From Candidatus Sumerlaeota bacterium (GTDB lineage: Bacteria > Sumerlaeota > Sumerlaeia > Sumerlaeales > Sumerlaeaceae): 64,000 nucleotides of DNA. The position numbers and the translations under genes were made by a program. The stretch covers positions 86,444-150,443 of the forward strand of contig JAPLSQ010000073.1 in the NCBI GenBank assembly GCA_026398535.1, read 5' to 3'. Below, one piece after another: positions 28,578 to 38,690 of the stretch (within the stretch, counting starts at the first letter, position 1; each line of letters opens with the position of its first letter). The notes under the pieces are model-generated. The model made no database searches and was not told the DNA's origin. It worked only from the letters and a program-made list of their open reading frames with translations.

Positions 28578-28866
28578 CAATTGTTCTTTGAACCATACCT
28601 GAAAGGCGTTGAAGAGGAGTAGTAGGGAGCGCTGGAGGCCAGGAGAGAGCTGCTGGAGTGGTGAGACGCAGCGGCCGCCGGTCCTGAACTCGCCTTGGAG
28701 CCGCGGTGGTGAACAGCTTGATTGAATGGCTTGAGCCGCCGCCGCGAACCCGGCGTAAAAGGGGCAATGAAGGCGCGCGACGCCCGAATGGGTTTTGCGC
28801 GCGAAGCAGGGTGGCAACGCGAAACAAGTTTCGTCCCCGCAGCCGCAAGGTTGCGGGGATTTTTTC
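28578..28866 (+). promoter_or_regulatory. T-box-like riboswitch leader / transcription attenuator upstream of leuA
   Basis: At 28808-28821 the sequence agggtggcaacgcg matches the T-box core AGGGUGGNACCGCG at 13 of 14 bases. The local architecture is AGGG, then a 7-nt UGGCAAC bulge, then a cgaaa-caag-tttcg helix, then CCCC. This mirrors the canonical antiterminator (A1, UGGNACC bulge, A2). Its 3' strand is the 5' strand of the terminator at 28835-28858. Candidate Leu specifier triplets in the leader are GAA-CUC-G at 28686-28692 and CUG-A at 28599-28602. Stem I was not confidently folded by eye. Confidence 0.4.
28835..28866 (+). terminator. intrinsic terminator in leuA 5' leader (attenuator)
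   Basis: Perfect 10-bp stem ccccgcagcc/ggttgcgggg with a GNRA tetraloop gcaa (28845-28848), followed by AUUUUUUC (28859-28866). It lies 68 nt upstream of the leuA ATG and is co-directional with it. The upstream gene is divergent, so it is not terminating another transcript. Confidence 0.8.
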
Positions 28867-28933
28867 ATTACGGCGCACCCGACATGAAATTGGAAAGTTG
28901 AAAGCCAGGCTTGACCAATTGGAGACCATTGCC

Positions 28934-30505
28934 ATGACACAACAAACACAACACAACCGCATCATCATCTTCGACACGACGCTGCGCGACGGTGAGCAAT
29001 CCCCCGGCTGCACAATGATCATCAAGGAAAAGCTGGAGATCGCGCATCAGCTCGCGCGGCTGGGTGTCGACGTCATCGAGGCAGGCTTTCCCATTTCCTC
29101 CCAAGGCGATTTTGAGGCTGTGCAGCTCATTGCCCGCGAAGTTGAGGGGCCGTCGATCTGCGGGCTGTCGCGCACGATGGAGAAGGACATTGTGCGCTGC
29201 GGCGAGGCTGTCATCCACGCCAAAAAACCGCGAATCCACACGTTCATCGCCACGTCGGATGTGCATCTCGATAAAAAACTGCGCATGAGCAAGGAGCAGG
29301 TGATCGCCACGGTCGCGAAGTCCGTCGCGCTGGCGCGCTCCATCACGCCCGATGTCGAGTTCTCGTGCGAGGATGCTGGGCGCACCAGTTGGGATTATTT
29401 GGCCGATGTGATCAGCGCGGCCATCGAGGCCGGAGCATCGACGATCAACGTCCCCGACACGGTCGGCTACACCAATCCTTGGCAATATGGGGAGTGCATC
29501 GCTTATCTGCGCTCAAAAGCGCGGGGCGCGGAGAATGTCGTTTTCAGCGTCCACTGCCACAATGATCTGGGCATGGCCGTGGCCAACTCGCTGGCGGCGG
29601 TGCGCGCGGGCGCGCGGCAGGTCGAATGCACGATCAACGGCTTGGGCGAACGCGCCGGCAACGCCTCACTCGAGGAAATTGTCATGAACCTGATCGTCCG
29701 CAAGGACTTTTACGGCATGGAAACCGGCATCAACGCGGCCGAGATTTATCGCGCTTCGCGCATGGTCTCAAAGATCACGGGCATGCGCATCCAGCGCAAC
29801 AAAGCAATCGTTGGAGCCAACGCCTTCGCCCACGAGGCCGGCATCCACCAGGACGGCGTGCTCAAGGAGCGCACGACCTACGAAATCATGCGCGCCGAGG
29901 ATGTTGGCTGGACGGGCGAGTCGATGGTACTCGGTAAACACTCCGGCCGCCATGCCTTCAAGTCGCGCCTGGCTTCGCTGGGATACGACCAGCTCAGCGA
30001 CGAGGAAATCAACCGCGCCTTCAGCAGATTCAAGGACCTGTGCGATAAGAAAAAGGATGTGTATGACGAAGACCTCTACGCGATCGTCGAGGACGAAATC
30101 GCGCAGGGCGAGGAAATTTATCATCTTGAGTATTTAGGCTTTTCCAGCGGCACCGAGGCCGTTCCCACGGCCACCGTCAAGCTTCGCAAGAATGGCGAAA
30201 TGCTGGTCGACGCCGGCGTGGGCGACGGCCCCGTCGACGCCGCCTTCCGCGCCATTGACCGCATCACGGGCATGGAGGCCACGCTCATCGAATACTCGCT
30301 GGAGGCGGTGACCGGCGGGATGGACGCGCAGGGCCAGGTGAGCATCGCGCTTGACGCGGGCGGCCGCAAAGTGCGCGCACGCGGCGCAAGCACTGATGTC
30401 GTCGTCGCGAGTGTCAAGGCCTACCTTAACGCCATCAACAAGATTCTGCGCCTGCAGTCCGCGGGCGAAAACTCCGAATCCTCCGTGCCCAAGCAGAGCA
30501 TGTGA
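28934..30505 (+). CDS. leuA: 2-isopropylmalate synthase
   Basis: Start chosen at the ATG 28934, preceded by ttggagacc as RBS. Translation begins [25 protein letters not shown]. Catalytic blocks are [17 protein letters not shown] and the LeuA C-terminal regulatory domain. The ORF-track start at 28706 is an in-frame upstream extension through the leader. Confidence 0.9.
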   Translation: MTQQTQHNRIIIFDTTLRDGEQSPGCTMIIKEKLEIAHQLARLGVDVIEAGFPISSQGDFEAVQLIAREVEGPSICGLSRTMEKDIVRCGEAVIHAKKPRIHTFIATSDVHLDKKLRMSKEQVIATVAKSVALARSITPDVEFSCEDAGRTSWDYLADVISAAIEAGASTINVPDTVGYTNPWQYGECIAYLRSKARGAENVVFSVHCHNDLGMAVANSLAAVRAGARQVECTINGLGERAGNASLEEIVMNLIVRKDFYGMETGINAAEIYRASRMVSKITGMRIQRNKAIVGANAFAHEAGIHQDGVLKERTTYEIMRAEDVGWTGESMVLGKHSGRHAFKSRLASLGYDQLSDEEINRAFSRFKDLCDKKKDVYDEDLYAIVEDEIAQGEEIYHLEYLGFSSGTEAVPTATVKLRKNGEMLVDAGVGDGPVDAAFRAIDRITGMEATLIEYSLEAVTGGMDAQGQVSIALDAGGRKVRARGASTDVVVASVKAYLNAINKILRLQSAGENSESSVPKQSM

Positions 30506-30533
30506 CAGCAGACGAAAGAAAATTCCGGGGCAT

Positions 30534-30576
30534 CCCCCGCGATAAGCATTGACGGCCATCGCGGGGGCTCCTTTTC
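30534..30576 (+). terminator. putative intrinsic terminator after leuA
   Basis: Stem cccccgcgat...atcgcggggg (30534-30543 / 30558-30567) followed by ctcctttt. Confidence 0.5.
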
Positions 30577-30624
30577 CGCCGGGAGCGCCCACGGCAGCCG
30601 GCCCGCCGCCTCGTTCTTCGTCCG

Positions 30625-30656
30625 TGGTTGTCGGTGGTTGTCGGTGGTTGTCCGTG
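30625..30656. repeat. tandem decamer (tggttgtcgg)x3 in intergenic region
   Basis: tccg tggttgtcgg tggttgtcgg tggttgtccg tgttct, read directly, between leuA and the ABC-2 permease gene. Confidence 0.9.
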
Positions 30657-30763
30657 TTCTCCTTTTATTAGGGTTTCGGCGACAGCCGCTGTTGATGGCC
30701 TATTGACCGGAATGTTTTTCCCCCTTTACATCGCGGATGCGTTGTCCCTGAAATGCGTGTGCC

Positions 30764-31579
30764 ATGTTGAGCCGCGTCGGACAGCTTTTTGCCGCGGAGA
30801 TGGTCAAGGTGTGGCGGACGAAGTTTCCGTACCTTGGCCTGGCCGCCAGCGCGCTGATGGCGCTCATCGCGCGCCAGAGCGTGGAAAGTCTTAGCCAGCC
30901 GGGGAGCAATATCACCGCGCCCAGCTATTTCGTGGCGTCGATCAACATGAGCACGACGATCATTATTCCCATCTTCGCGACAATTTTTGCGGCGATGATG
31001 GTTGCGGGCGAAACCTCGCGCGGCACGCTACGGACGATCCTCGCACGGCCCGTCACGCGCGCTGATTTCCTGACCGCCAAACTGCTCACGGCCGTGTTCT
31101 ATCTTCTGCTGTTGCTGGCGGCAAACGCCGCGGTGGCGCTGATCATCGCCATGGGCTATCCGCTGAAGACATCGTTCGACGCGAACATTGACATTCCTGG
31201 CGCCGCGGGGCAATTCGCCATCTTCTCGCTGGCGCTGTTGCTGACGCTTGTGCCGCAGATCGCCACCGTCTGCTTCGGATTCTTCGTATCGGTGTTCTCG
31301 GCCAGCGTGGCGACTTCCATTGGCGTGGCCGTCGGCGTGCTGCTCAGTCTTCAGCCCGTCAAACAGTTCATACGCTTCGGCTCATTCGACCTCGACGAGT
31401 GGCTCTTCTCGAGCTATTACGACACGGCGATGCGCATAGCCGACAACATGGCGATGGGGATTTACGAGGAGTGGGCGCAGACGGAAGTCTACATGCTTCT
31501 GGCAACCAGTTTCGTCAGCATCTTGGTTTTTCTGGTTTTAAGCTACCACTCGTTTGTGCGGCGCGACCTGAACTGCTGA
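30764..31579 (+). CDS. ABC-2 type transporter permease (orphan, no adjacent ATPase)
   Basis: 271 aa with six predicted TM segments and the ABC-2 permease layout (large first extracytoplasmic loop, hydrophobic C-terminal half). No nucleotide-binding-domain gene within 5 kb. Confidence 0.55.
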   Translation: MLSRVGQLFAAEMVKVWRTKFPYLGLAASALMALIARQSVESLSQPGSNITAPSYFVASINMSTTIIIPIFATIFAAMMVAGETSRGTLRTILARPVTRADFLTAKLLTAVFYLLLLLAANAAVALIIAMGYPLKTSFDANIDIPGAAGQFAIFSLALLLTLVPQIATVCFGFFVSVFSASVATSIGVAVGVLLSLQPVKQFIRFGSFDLDEWLFSSYYDTAMRIADNMAMGIYEEWAQTEVYMLLATSFVSILVFLVLSYHSFVRRDLNC

Positions 31580-31598
31580 TTTCGCGTGTGATTGCCAC

Positions 31599-32402
31599 TC
31601 AGACTTTCGGAGGAGGAGGAGGTGGCGGGGGAGCGCCTTCTGCTGGTTTTGCCTGGAACATCGCGCCGAATGTGTGCAACATTTCCATGGGGAACGGGAA
31701 CACGATCGTTGAGCTTTTTTCGGCGGAGATTTCCACGAGGGTCTGCAGGTAGCGCATCTGCATGGACATGGGTTGCATGGCCATCAAGTCGGCGGCCATG
31801 ACGAGCTTCTTGGCTGCCTGGTACTCGCCCTCGGCGGCGATGACCTTGGCGCGGCGCTCGCGCTCGGCCTCGGCCTGCCGCGCCATTACGCGCTTCATCT
31901 CGTCGGGCAGGTCGACTTTTTTGATTTCCACGGCAGTGACCTTGACGCCCCATGGCTCGGTCTGGTGATCAAGTATCGACTGCAACTCGTGGTTCAGTTT
32001 TTCGCGTTCGGCAAGCAGGTCGTCCAGCTCCTGCTGGCCCAGCACACTCCGCAGGGTCGTCTGCGCCATCTGCGATGTGGCGAACATGAAATCCTCCACG
32101 CGCACGATGGCTTTGTCCGGCTCAAGAACCTGGAAATACACCACGGCGTTCACATGCACCGACACGTTGTCGCGCGTGATGATGTCCTGGGGCGGCACAT
32201 CGAGCGTGACGATGCGCAGACTCACGGTGACCATTTTGTCGATGGGGTAGAAAATCAGCACAAGCCCGGGTCCCTTCGGACTGGACAGCAGGCGCCCCAG
32301 GCGGAAAACAACGCCACGCTCATACTCGCGCAGAACGCGGATGCACTGAAAAAGATAAATCACCAGCAGGACAATGGCGACGAGGATGAATTGGAACGGC
32401 AT
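31599..32402 (-). CDS. SPFH/band-7 (stomatin-like) protein with C-terminal poly-proline tail
   Basis: An N-terminal TM anchor is followed by an SPFH domain ([13 protein letters not shown]...[28 protein letters not shown]) and a coiled-coil ([20 protein letters not shown]). The tail is [11 protein letters not shown]. No NfeD partner is adjacent. Confidence 0.8.
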   Translation of the reverse strand: MPFQFILVAIVLLVIYLFQCIRVLREYERGVVFRLGRLLSSPKGPGLVLIFYPIDKMVTVSLRIVTLDVPPQDIITRDNVSVHVNAVVYFQVLEPDKAIVRVEDFMFATSQMAQTTLRSVLGQQELDDLLAEREKLNHELQSILDHQTEPWGVKVTAVEIKKVDLPDEMKRVMARQAEAERERRAKVIAAEGEYQAAKKLVMAADLMAMQPMSMQMRYLQTLVEISAEKSSTIVFPFPMEMLHTFGAMFQAKPAEGAPPPPPPPPKV

Positions 32403-32528
32403 TGGTCTTCTCCTTAAGTTTCACGAATTCGTGTTGTTGGTACGACGACACAATATGCGCGACGATGCCAGAAAATAATGACATGCCAAAGATTTTAAGA
32501 CAATCAAGCGATGACAAGGCGCCGGATG

Positions 32529-34175
32529 TTATGCGCCCAACAGTTTCCGCGCCGCCCGCAGTTTGTCTGAAAGCCGGAGGAAACAACCGTGTCCGCGGCG
32601 GCGGGTGATATCATCGAGGCGGCCGCGGAAGCTGTCGGCCTCGCGGGCCAGGCGCGCGGTTTCCGTTTCGAGGTTGCGGCGCCGGGCGCGCTCGCCGGCT
32701 TCGGAGCGCGCAAGACGCGACACTTCGCCCGCCAGATGCTCCAGCAGGGCGGGATTGTTCCTCAGCGCGGGCTCGCCAAGCAGGCGCGCGGCATCGCCAT
32801 CGGAAATTTCGATGGCCGACGCCAGGTGATACAGCGCATTCCAGAACCGGTATTGCTGGAAACCAGCTTTGCGCGGCAGGCCGCGCTCGGTGCGCAGGCG
32901 TTCGATCCGGATGTTGGGATAGAAACTCAACTCCACGAGTTGCAACTCGAACGGGCGCGGAAGCGAGCGCAACAGATGAAAAGTTTCCGTCCGGTCCTCC
33001 TCTGATTCAAAAGGGTTGTTTGAGATGAGGTCGCAGAAAACGCGCAGGCCGTGCCCGTTGATGCGCCGCGCGGCCTCGATGACGGCGCTGTTGTCTGTGC
33101 GGCGGTTGAATACGCCGTTGGCGATGCGTTCGCTGCCGCTCTCAATGCCCATGATGATGTATTGCGCGTTGTTGTCGCGCAGGATTTTCAGCGCGGGGTC
33201 GCGCGCGTAGTTCGGGTGGGTGTAGCACCAGAACGGCATGGCGATTTTCTCGCGGTAGGCGCTGAAAAACTTCTCCATGCGTTCGGGCTTCAGCGTGAAA
33301 ATGTCGTCCTCGATTTCGAGGTAGAAACTGCCGCGCCGCGCCTTCTCGCGCTCAAGCTCGCTGATGACATGCGCCACGGAGCGGAAACGCAGTTTCGCGG
33401 CGTGCGGCGCGATCTCCTTGTGATAGGAGAGCATGCAGTAGGAGCACGCGTAGGGGCAGCCGCGCGTCGTCATGATTTTGTGTGTGTCGCGCAGGCCGCT
33501 CGCGGCGAACGGCACGCCCTCCGCAAGCTCATCGTTGTCCAAATAGAACACTCCCCCGTTTTCGTGCCACGGGCTGGGAAGAGAATCGAGGTTGTCAACG
33601 ACCGGCGCGGGCGGATTCCGAATGAGCGCGCCGCCGGAGACGAACGCGGCGCCGGGCAGTTCGCGCCACCCCGCGCCATTGTCGAGCGCGGCGGCAAGCT
33701 CCATGACAGGAACGTCGGCTTCTCCGACGATGACGAAGCCGGCGTGCCGGCAGGATTCCTCCGGGTCGAGCGTGGGATGCGGCCCCCCCCACACGATGGG
33801 CGTTTCAGGCAGCGCTTTACGCGCCAGCCGCGTGACCTCGATGGCACGCGCGAGCTGGGGAGTGTAAACGGAGAACCCTACGATGTCCGGCTTAAGGCGC
33901 TTGAGAAATTCGCGCGCCAGTTGCTTTTCGCGTTCTGTGATCTCGAACGGATAACACAGCACGGCGCGCGAGCCGTTGGGCAGCAGTTCGATCTGCCATT
34001 CGGGCTCGGGGTTCTCGCCATCCGCGAGCGTTTTCTTGCCGTACTGTTTCATGCACAGCAGAAACGCCTCGTGCCCGCCCGCGCGCAGGTTCGCCACAAG
34101 CTGCCTGGCGCCGAGGCAATATTCATCGTAAAGCGTTATGAACAGGAAACGCGCCATTGATTGATGAAATGCCAT
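32529..34175 (-). CDS. B12-binding domain-containing radical SAM protein
   Basis: 548 aa. The N-terminal ~150 aa is Rossmann-like and B12-binding-like. The radical SAM CxxxCxxC motif is TRGCPYACSYCM. It sits inside the glycoside-hydrolase gene array. A C8 homopolymer at 33785-33792 lies within its coding sequence (the VWGGPH codons). Confidence 0.75.
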   Translation of the reverse strand: MAFHQSMARFLFITLYDEYCLGARQLVANLRAGGHEAFLLCMKQYGKKTLADGENPEPEWQIELLPNGSRAVLCYPFEITEREKQLAREFLKRLKPDIVGFSVYTPQLARAIEVTRLARKALPETPIVWGGPHPTLDPEESCRHAGFVIVGEADVPVMELAAALDNGAGWRELPGAAFVSGGALIRNPPAPVVDNLDSLPSPWHENGGVFYLDNDELAEGVPFAASGLRDTHKIMTTRGCPYACSYCMLSYHKEIAPHAAKLRFRSVAHVISELEREKARRGSFYLEIEDDIFTLKPERMEKFFSAYREKIAMPFWCYTHPNYARDPALKILRDNNAQYIIMGIESGSERIANGVFNRRTDNSAVIEAARRINGHGLRVFCDLISNNPFESEEDRTETFHLLRSLPRPFELQLVELSFYPNIRIERLRTERGLPRKAGFQQYRFWNALYHLASAIEISDGDAARLLGEPALRNNPALLEHLAGEVSRLARSEAGERARRRNLETETARLAREADSFRGRLDDITRRRGHGCFLRLSDKLRAARKLLGA

Positions 34176-34217
34176 CCCGCGCGCGTTTTAATCAAGCGGG
34201 AGAGACAGAGAGCGTAT

Positions 34218-35432
34218 TTACGGTTTGCGCAGGGTGATGTTGCCGTTGCGGTCGAAGATGGAATAGAACGGGCCGTGCACGATGCCCTCGAGCTTGAGCA
34301 GCGCCAGCAGCGCGTAGGAGCCGTCGCGGATGTTGAGCACGGTGCGCGCCTTGTTGCCGTCGTAATTCGAGTCGTCGAATCCGTAGAATCCGCCGTGGCC
34401 CAGTTTGTCTTTCTCGTCGAGGAATTGCATTGTGAGCAGGTGCTGGCCGGCGCGGTGGGCGGCGGTGTGGTATTCTTTTTTCCCGGTGAGCTTGTGCAGG
34501 TCGAGAAGCAGGATGGGCGCGGTTGTGGAGGCTGTGGGTACGGCCGGATCGCCGAATCCGCCGCCGGGCCGCTGCTCGCTCATGAGCCATCGGGCGTGCG
34601 CCTCGGCGCGGTCCAGATATTTCTGGCAACCATAGTAAGCGTGCGCGCCGAGCAGACCGATGGCGGCGAAGTCGTCGTTGAACGCGTGCATGCGCATGTA
34701 ACCGAGGGGATGCCGCGGAGTATGCGTGTCGTCCTGATAGATCCCGCGCGCGGGGTCATAGACGACCTTGTAGCGTCCATCCTCGCCGAGGAAACGGGAC
34801 ATGAGGCGGTCGGCGATGAACCGCAGGCCGCGCTCGAGGCGCGTGGTGTCGCCGGTGATGCGCGCGTAATCGTAAAAGAAACCGGCGCTGCCGCCGTGGA
34901 AATTGCCCTCGGTGTAATCAATCTCGAATCCGACTTCCCCGGGATGCTCATAGCGGAATTCCCACGCGGGCCAGCCCCGAAGCATGGCCACGTCAACGAA
35001 CCAGTCGCTGAACACTCGCGCGCGGTATTTCAGGTCGGGGTCGCCGGTTTCGGCGAAAAGCCACAACAGACCCCATGCGCCGGTGAGCGCGTCGCGGGGG
35101 TAGCAGAATCGCGAGTGCGGCGTGACCTCGCGCAGCGCGCCGAACCAGTCGCGGCGGCGCTCGTCGAGTATCTGAAGGCTCTTGAGATGGCTTGCGCCGA
35201 GGATCGCCGAGTCAAGGTACTTCTTCTCGCCCGTGCGGTAATAAGTCAGCAGCATGCCGAACATGCAGACGGCAGTCGTCCAGTTGCCCGTTAGGAGCAC
35301 TTTGCCCGTCGAGGGCGTGTAGTAGCCGAGATAGCGGCCCGTGTTGGCGTCGTTGCCGGGATCGTTCACCTGGTTGCGGAGCATCCATTCGGCGCAGCGG
35401 ATCGCCGCGTCCAGATAAGTGTTGTTGCTCAT
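34218..35432 (-). CDS. hypothetical protein, predicted (alpha/alpha)6-toroid (six-hairpin glycosidase/epimerase-like)
   Basis: 404 aa and cytoplasmic (no signal peptide). It is aromatic- and His/Asp-rich with a repeating helical-hairpin character. The family is not assignable from sequence. It lies 43 bp upstream of the radical SAM gene on the same strand. Confidence 0.4.
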   Translation of the reverse strand: MSNNTYLDAAIRCAEWMLRNQVNDPGNDANTGRYLGYYTPSTGKVLLTGNWTTAVCMFGMLLTYYRTGEKKYLDSAILGASHLKSLQILDERRRDWFGALREVTPHSRFCYPRDALTGAWGLLWLFAETGDPDLKYRARVFSDWFVDVAMLRGWPAWEFRYEHPGEVGFEIDYTEGNFHGGSAGFFYDYARITGDTTRLERGLRFIADRLMSRFLGEDGRYKVVYDPARGIYQDDTHTPRHPLGYMRMHAFNDDFAAIGLLGAHAYYGCQKYLDRAEAHARWLMSEQRPGGGFGDPAVPTASTTAPILLLDLHKLTGKKEYHTAAHRAGQHLLTMQFLDEKDKLGHGGFYGFDDSNYDGNKARTVLNIRDGSYALLALLKLEGIVHGPFYSIFDRNGNITLRKP

Positions 35433-35568
35433 AGTGCTGGGATTTCCTTTCAGTTTTAGTGCTGTTATTATTGTGTGGAGCGCGGATGGTTGGTTGCATT
35501 TTTATCGTGCCGGATCGTTGCTCAAATTGAAGTCTTTCTCAGCGGCTCTCTGTGTAACGGTTTTTGCG

Positions 35569-38535
35569 TCACTGTTTGATACGCGAAGGCTGTCCGATTC
35601 CGCTGACGCCAAAGATCATGACGGCTGGTCCTTGGCGGGCGGAAACGAATTCGACCGACTTGATGGTTTTCTGCGGCGCAGGATTGGTCCATACAAGAGC
35701 ATGTATGGCGCACGGCGGCTGCCCCGTTGCGGACGCCTGCCAGACCTTGGGCGACAGCACATTGCCGCTGTCATCATCGAGCGGGAAAATGTTGCCGCCT
35801 ATTTTCAGGCTTGTGACGCGGCTTGTGCCGTCGTCAAAGCGCACCACCATATCGCCCAGCGGGCTGCCGGCGGGGCCGTCGGTCGTGCAGGCCATGGCCG
35901 CGGCAACGGCGCGCGCCTTGCGGCCCACGGGCAATAAGACGCGCGAAGGCCAATCCGATCCGGACAGCGCGGGGGGATTGAACTTGCCCGCCAGCAGGAC
36001 GGCGCGCGGGGAACCAGCCTTGCCGGCGATCCTGAAGCGGAACCGCCACAAACGGGCATCGCCGGCCGGTATGCTGGCGAGCGCCGACGGATTGACATAA
36101 CCGAGCCACTTCGCCAGCTCCGGCGCCGACAGATCGATGTTGGCAATGGGCGAAAGGTCAGCCTGCCATCCCGGCGCGCCGCATGCCGGCAGATCGTTTG
36201 CCTGCCAGAGCCTGGCAAATTCCTCAATGTGGTCGAAAGGCACTTGGGAGGGTTCGGTTGTGCCGCCCGTCCATGCGGCTTCGGCCGCGAGCAGATACGC
36301 TGCGTATTGCGCCTGGTTGTTTTTGAAAGACTCCCAGTCGTTGGAGAAGCCGGCCCATGTTGTCTGCAACACTCCGAGCGGTTCGCCCGGGCGGCGCCCG
36401 CCGGCGGCCGGCGCGGTTGTCGCGGACAGCGCCGCGCGGGTGTTGGCCGCGGCGCGCGCAAAACACAGGATGTTTTTCGGTTTTGACCATGGACAAACGA
36501 CCGCGTCGAAACCCTCGCGCGACCACAGACCGATACTGACGTTTTCCTCCACGGGCACGGGATTGTAATGCCAGTCGGCGATGATGATGTCGCGCGGCAG
36601 GGCGTCGCGCCGCGCCTTCGCCTCCTCCCTGTCAGGCGCGAAGGCGGCGGAGGGGGCGTCGCCCGGCGCGAGAAACTGGTCGCTCCAGATCATCGTGCGG
36701 ATGCCGCGTTTTTTCAGGAACTCGTAATAGCGCATGATGTCGCGTTGCAGAAGCTCGCGCATTCCAACCTTGCGGTTCACCTCTTTTTCCGGGAAGCCGT
36801 ACATCGTGATCTCGTCGTGGCCGATGTTGAACATGCGCGGGCGCATAAGATCAATGGCCTCCGAATAAACGTCCTCCGCGATGCGGTAGACCATGGGATT
36901 TGACGGATCGTAAGTGTTGGGCGAATCGGGGTTGTCGGCCAGTTTGCGGTAAACGTCGCCGTTGAACAGCCAGTTGGAATGGCCGAAGGTGTTGATGAGC
37001 GGCGTGACCTCGATGCCTTGGCGGCGCGCCTCGGCGATCACGGCGCGCGCGTCGGCCTTTTCCATGCCGCGTTTGGGATTGAACAGTTCCGGGTGCGAAT
37101 CCCAGCGGATGTATTCGCACTGGTAGACAAGGTTGTTGATTTTGAGCGGGCCGAGAATGTCGCGCATCATCTTCACTTGGAAATCGCGCGCCTTGACGCC
37201 GGTGAACATGTGTATGCCGCGGTAGGGGAACGCGGGCCAGTCCTCAATGGCGCAGTGGCGCAGGGTGATGCGGCCGCCGCCGCGCTCGCGGAAAAGCTGG
37301 CACAGCGTGCGCATGGCGTTGCGCAGTCCGGCGGTGGTCTGCGCCTCCGCGATGGCGGATGCCGAGTCCGACACCGTGACGCGGTAGCCCTCCTCCGGCA
37401 GCGCCAACGGGCGCAGAAGGAAATGAATGCCTGATGCGGGTTTCATCTCCGCCGAGTCCGCTCCCCCGCTGATGACAGGCGGCTGGACCTCAAGTTTAAG
37501 GTTATGCGCATCCCGCGCGAATGCCGCGAGTTCATCCTGAATCTCGCGCAACGGGCGGACGTCGCTGCCGGATGTGGCGGCGGCGCTGATTTTCATGCCG
37601 TTACCGAGCGGCAGGTCACCCGCGCTCCATTGCGTTTTCTTGGGCGTGGGGATGATTCTGTCGGCCGGCTCGAGCGGCTCGAGCGCGTTGTCCACGGCTG
37701 CCGCCACGCCGCCGACGGCTGCGGCGCCAGCTTGCGTTTTGAGGCCGGCGGGCGGCGGGAATTGAATTGCAGCCGAAACGCTGTATTGTTCGTCGCGCTT
37801 GACGGACCGCTCCAGCGCGCCAAGCCAGAAAATGGGGAGATCGTTTGAATAATTGTTGAGCCTGTAGTCGGCCAGGCTGAACGGCGCGCTGCCCGAGGGA
37901 GTGACGATGATCGGTCCCGTGCGTCCGTCCATGATCAGGCTCTTGAAATCCGAAACCACGATGGATTCATCCAGTTTTGGGCTGCGGGGGGTGGCGGGAA
38001 TTGTGCCGGATTTTTCGCGCCCGCCGACAGCCGCCTTGAAAGGCCGCCCCGCGATCCAGCCCGAGTAAACAAAACCCAGCTTGAATTCGACGACGCCTTC
38101 CGGATCGGAGGTGAGCCGGGCATCGGCCGTCACACGAAGGGTGCGGTTGGTGAGCAATTCCACGGTCAATCCGCCCTCGAAGCGGTTGTCCGGCGTGCGG
38201 CCCGGAAGCGTTGCGGAAACCGCGCCGTCGGCGCCGCGCATGATCCGCGCGCGCGAAAGCAAGGTGTTGTCCGGGTTTGTCCCCGGTCCCGTGTGGTAGA
38301 TGATGCCCTTCCATCCGGGCTTCATCACCGAGAGCGCGGCAGATTCAGTGAATGGCACGCCGTCCGCCTCAATGCGCATGAGGTTCTGGGCGCTGAACGT
38401 CACGCGCACGCCGTCACGCTCGATGGTGAGTTGCGCGGGCGCGGCCGGGCGCGGCTGCGCGGACAAGGTTTGGCAGACGAGCAACAGCAGGAAAATCCGG
38501 GCAAACAGGCAAACACGCATCGGCAAACTGGTCAT
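35569..38535 (-). CDS. secreted glycoside hydrolase family 20-like beta-N-acetylhexosaminidase with C-terminal extension
   Basis: 988 aa with a signal peptide (MTSLPMRVCLFARIFLLLLVCQTLSA). GH20 catalytic TIM-barrel blocks are FPYRGIHMFTG and the H-x-G-x-DE-type acid/base NIGHDEI. About 350 aa of Ala/Gly-rich C-terminal region follow. Confidence 0.65.
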   Translation of the reverse strand: MTSLPMRVCLFARIFLLLLVCQTLSAQPRPAAPAQLTIERDGVRVTFSAQNLMRIEADGVPFTESAALSVMKPGWKGIIYHTGPGTNPDNTLLSRARIMRGADGAVSATLPGRTPDNRFEGGLTVELLTNRTLRVTADARLTSDPEGVVEFKLGFVYSGWIAGRPFKAAVGGREKSGTIPATPRSPKLDESIVVSDFKSLIMDGRTGPIIVTPSGSAPFSLADYRLNNYSNDLPIFWLGALERSVKRDEQYSVSAAIQFPPPAGLKTQAGAAAVGGVAAAVDNALEPLEPADRIIPTPKKTQWSAGDLPLGNGMKISAAATSGSDVRPLREIQDELAAFARDAHNLKLEVQPPVISGGADSAEMKPASGIHFLLRPLALPEEGYRVTVSDSASAIAEAQTTAGLRNAMRTLCQLFRERGGGRITLRHCAIEDWPAFPYRGIHMFTGVKARDFQVKMMRDILGPLKINNLVYQCEYIRWDSHPELFNPKRGMEKADARAVIAEARRQGIEVTPLINTFGHSNWLFNGDVYRKLADNPDSPNTYDPSNPMVYRIAEDVYSEAIDLMRPRMFNIGHDEITMYGFPEKEVNRKVGMRELLQRDIMRYYEFLKKRGIRTMIWSDQFLAPGDAPSAAFAPDREEAKARRDALPRDIIIADWHYNPVPVEENVSIGLWSREGFDAVVCPWSKPKNILCFARAAANTRAALSATTAPAAGGRRPGEPLGVLQTTWAGFSNDWESFKNNQAQYAAYLLAAEAAWTGGTTEPSQVPFDHIEEFARLWQANDLPACGAPGWQADLSPIANIDLSAPELAKWLGYVNPSALASIPAGDARLWRFRFRIAGKAGSPRAVLLAGKFNPPALSGSDWPSRVLLPVGRKARAVAAAMACTTDGPAGSPLGDMVVRFDDGTSRVTSLKIGGNIFPLDDDSGNVLSPKVWQASATGQPPCAIHALVWTNPAPQKTIKSVEFVSARQGPAVMIFGVSGIGQPSRIKQ

Positions 38536-38690
38536 GGAAAGCCGCCTTTATATCACACTAAATTTTGTCCCAAATAAGCGATGTGCATACATTATGTGAC
38601 AACCGGCAAGGGGAACAAGTCCGCTATTGGGGTTGAATGCACCATGTGGTTGGCGGGCAGGACGCCCGCCAACCCATTTTGATGTTTCTG

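Noticed and set aside
26558-28700. TPP (THI-box) riboswitch upstream of thiG or of the SSS transporter-thiG pair
   Set aside because: Neither strand shows the CUGAGA plus ACCUGAUC...GCGNAGGGA consensus. The plus-strand stretch gaaccatacctgaaaggcgttgaagaggagtagtaggga has only scattered resemblance and is on the leuA side.
28435-28933. Classical leader-peptide (Leu-codon-rich small ORF) attenuation for leuA
   Set aside because: Short ORFs in the leader (e.g. the 45-codon ORF from 28767 running through the terminator, MKARDARMGFAREAGW...) contain no leucine run. The T-box-like architecture explains the terminator better.
30764-32402. ABC-2 permease plus SPFH protein as a functional pair (e.g. 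stomatin-regulated transporter)
   Set aside because: The genes are convergent (opposite strands, 19-bp gap), with no ATPase or NfeD partner. Adjacency appears incidental.
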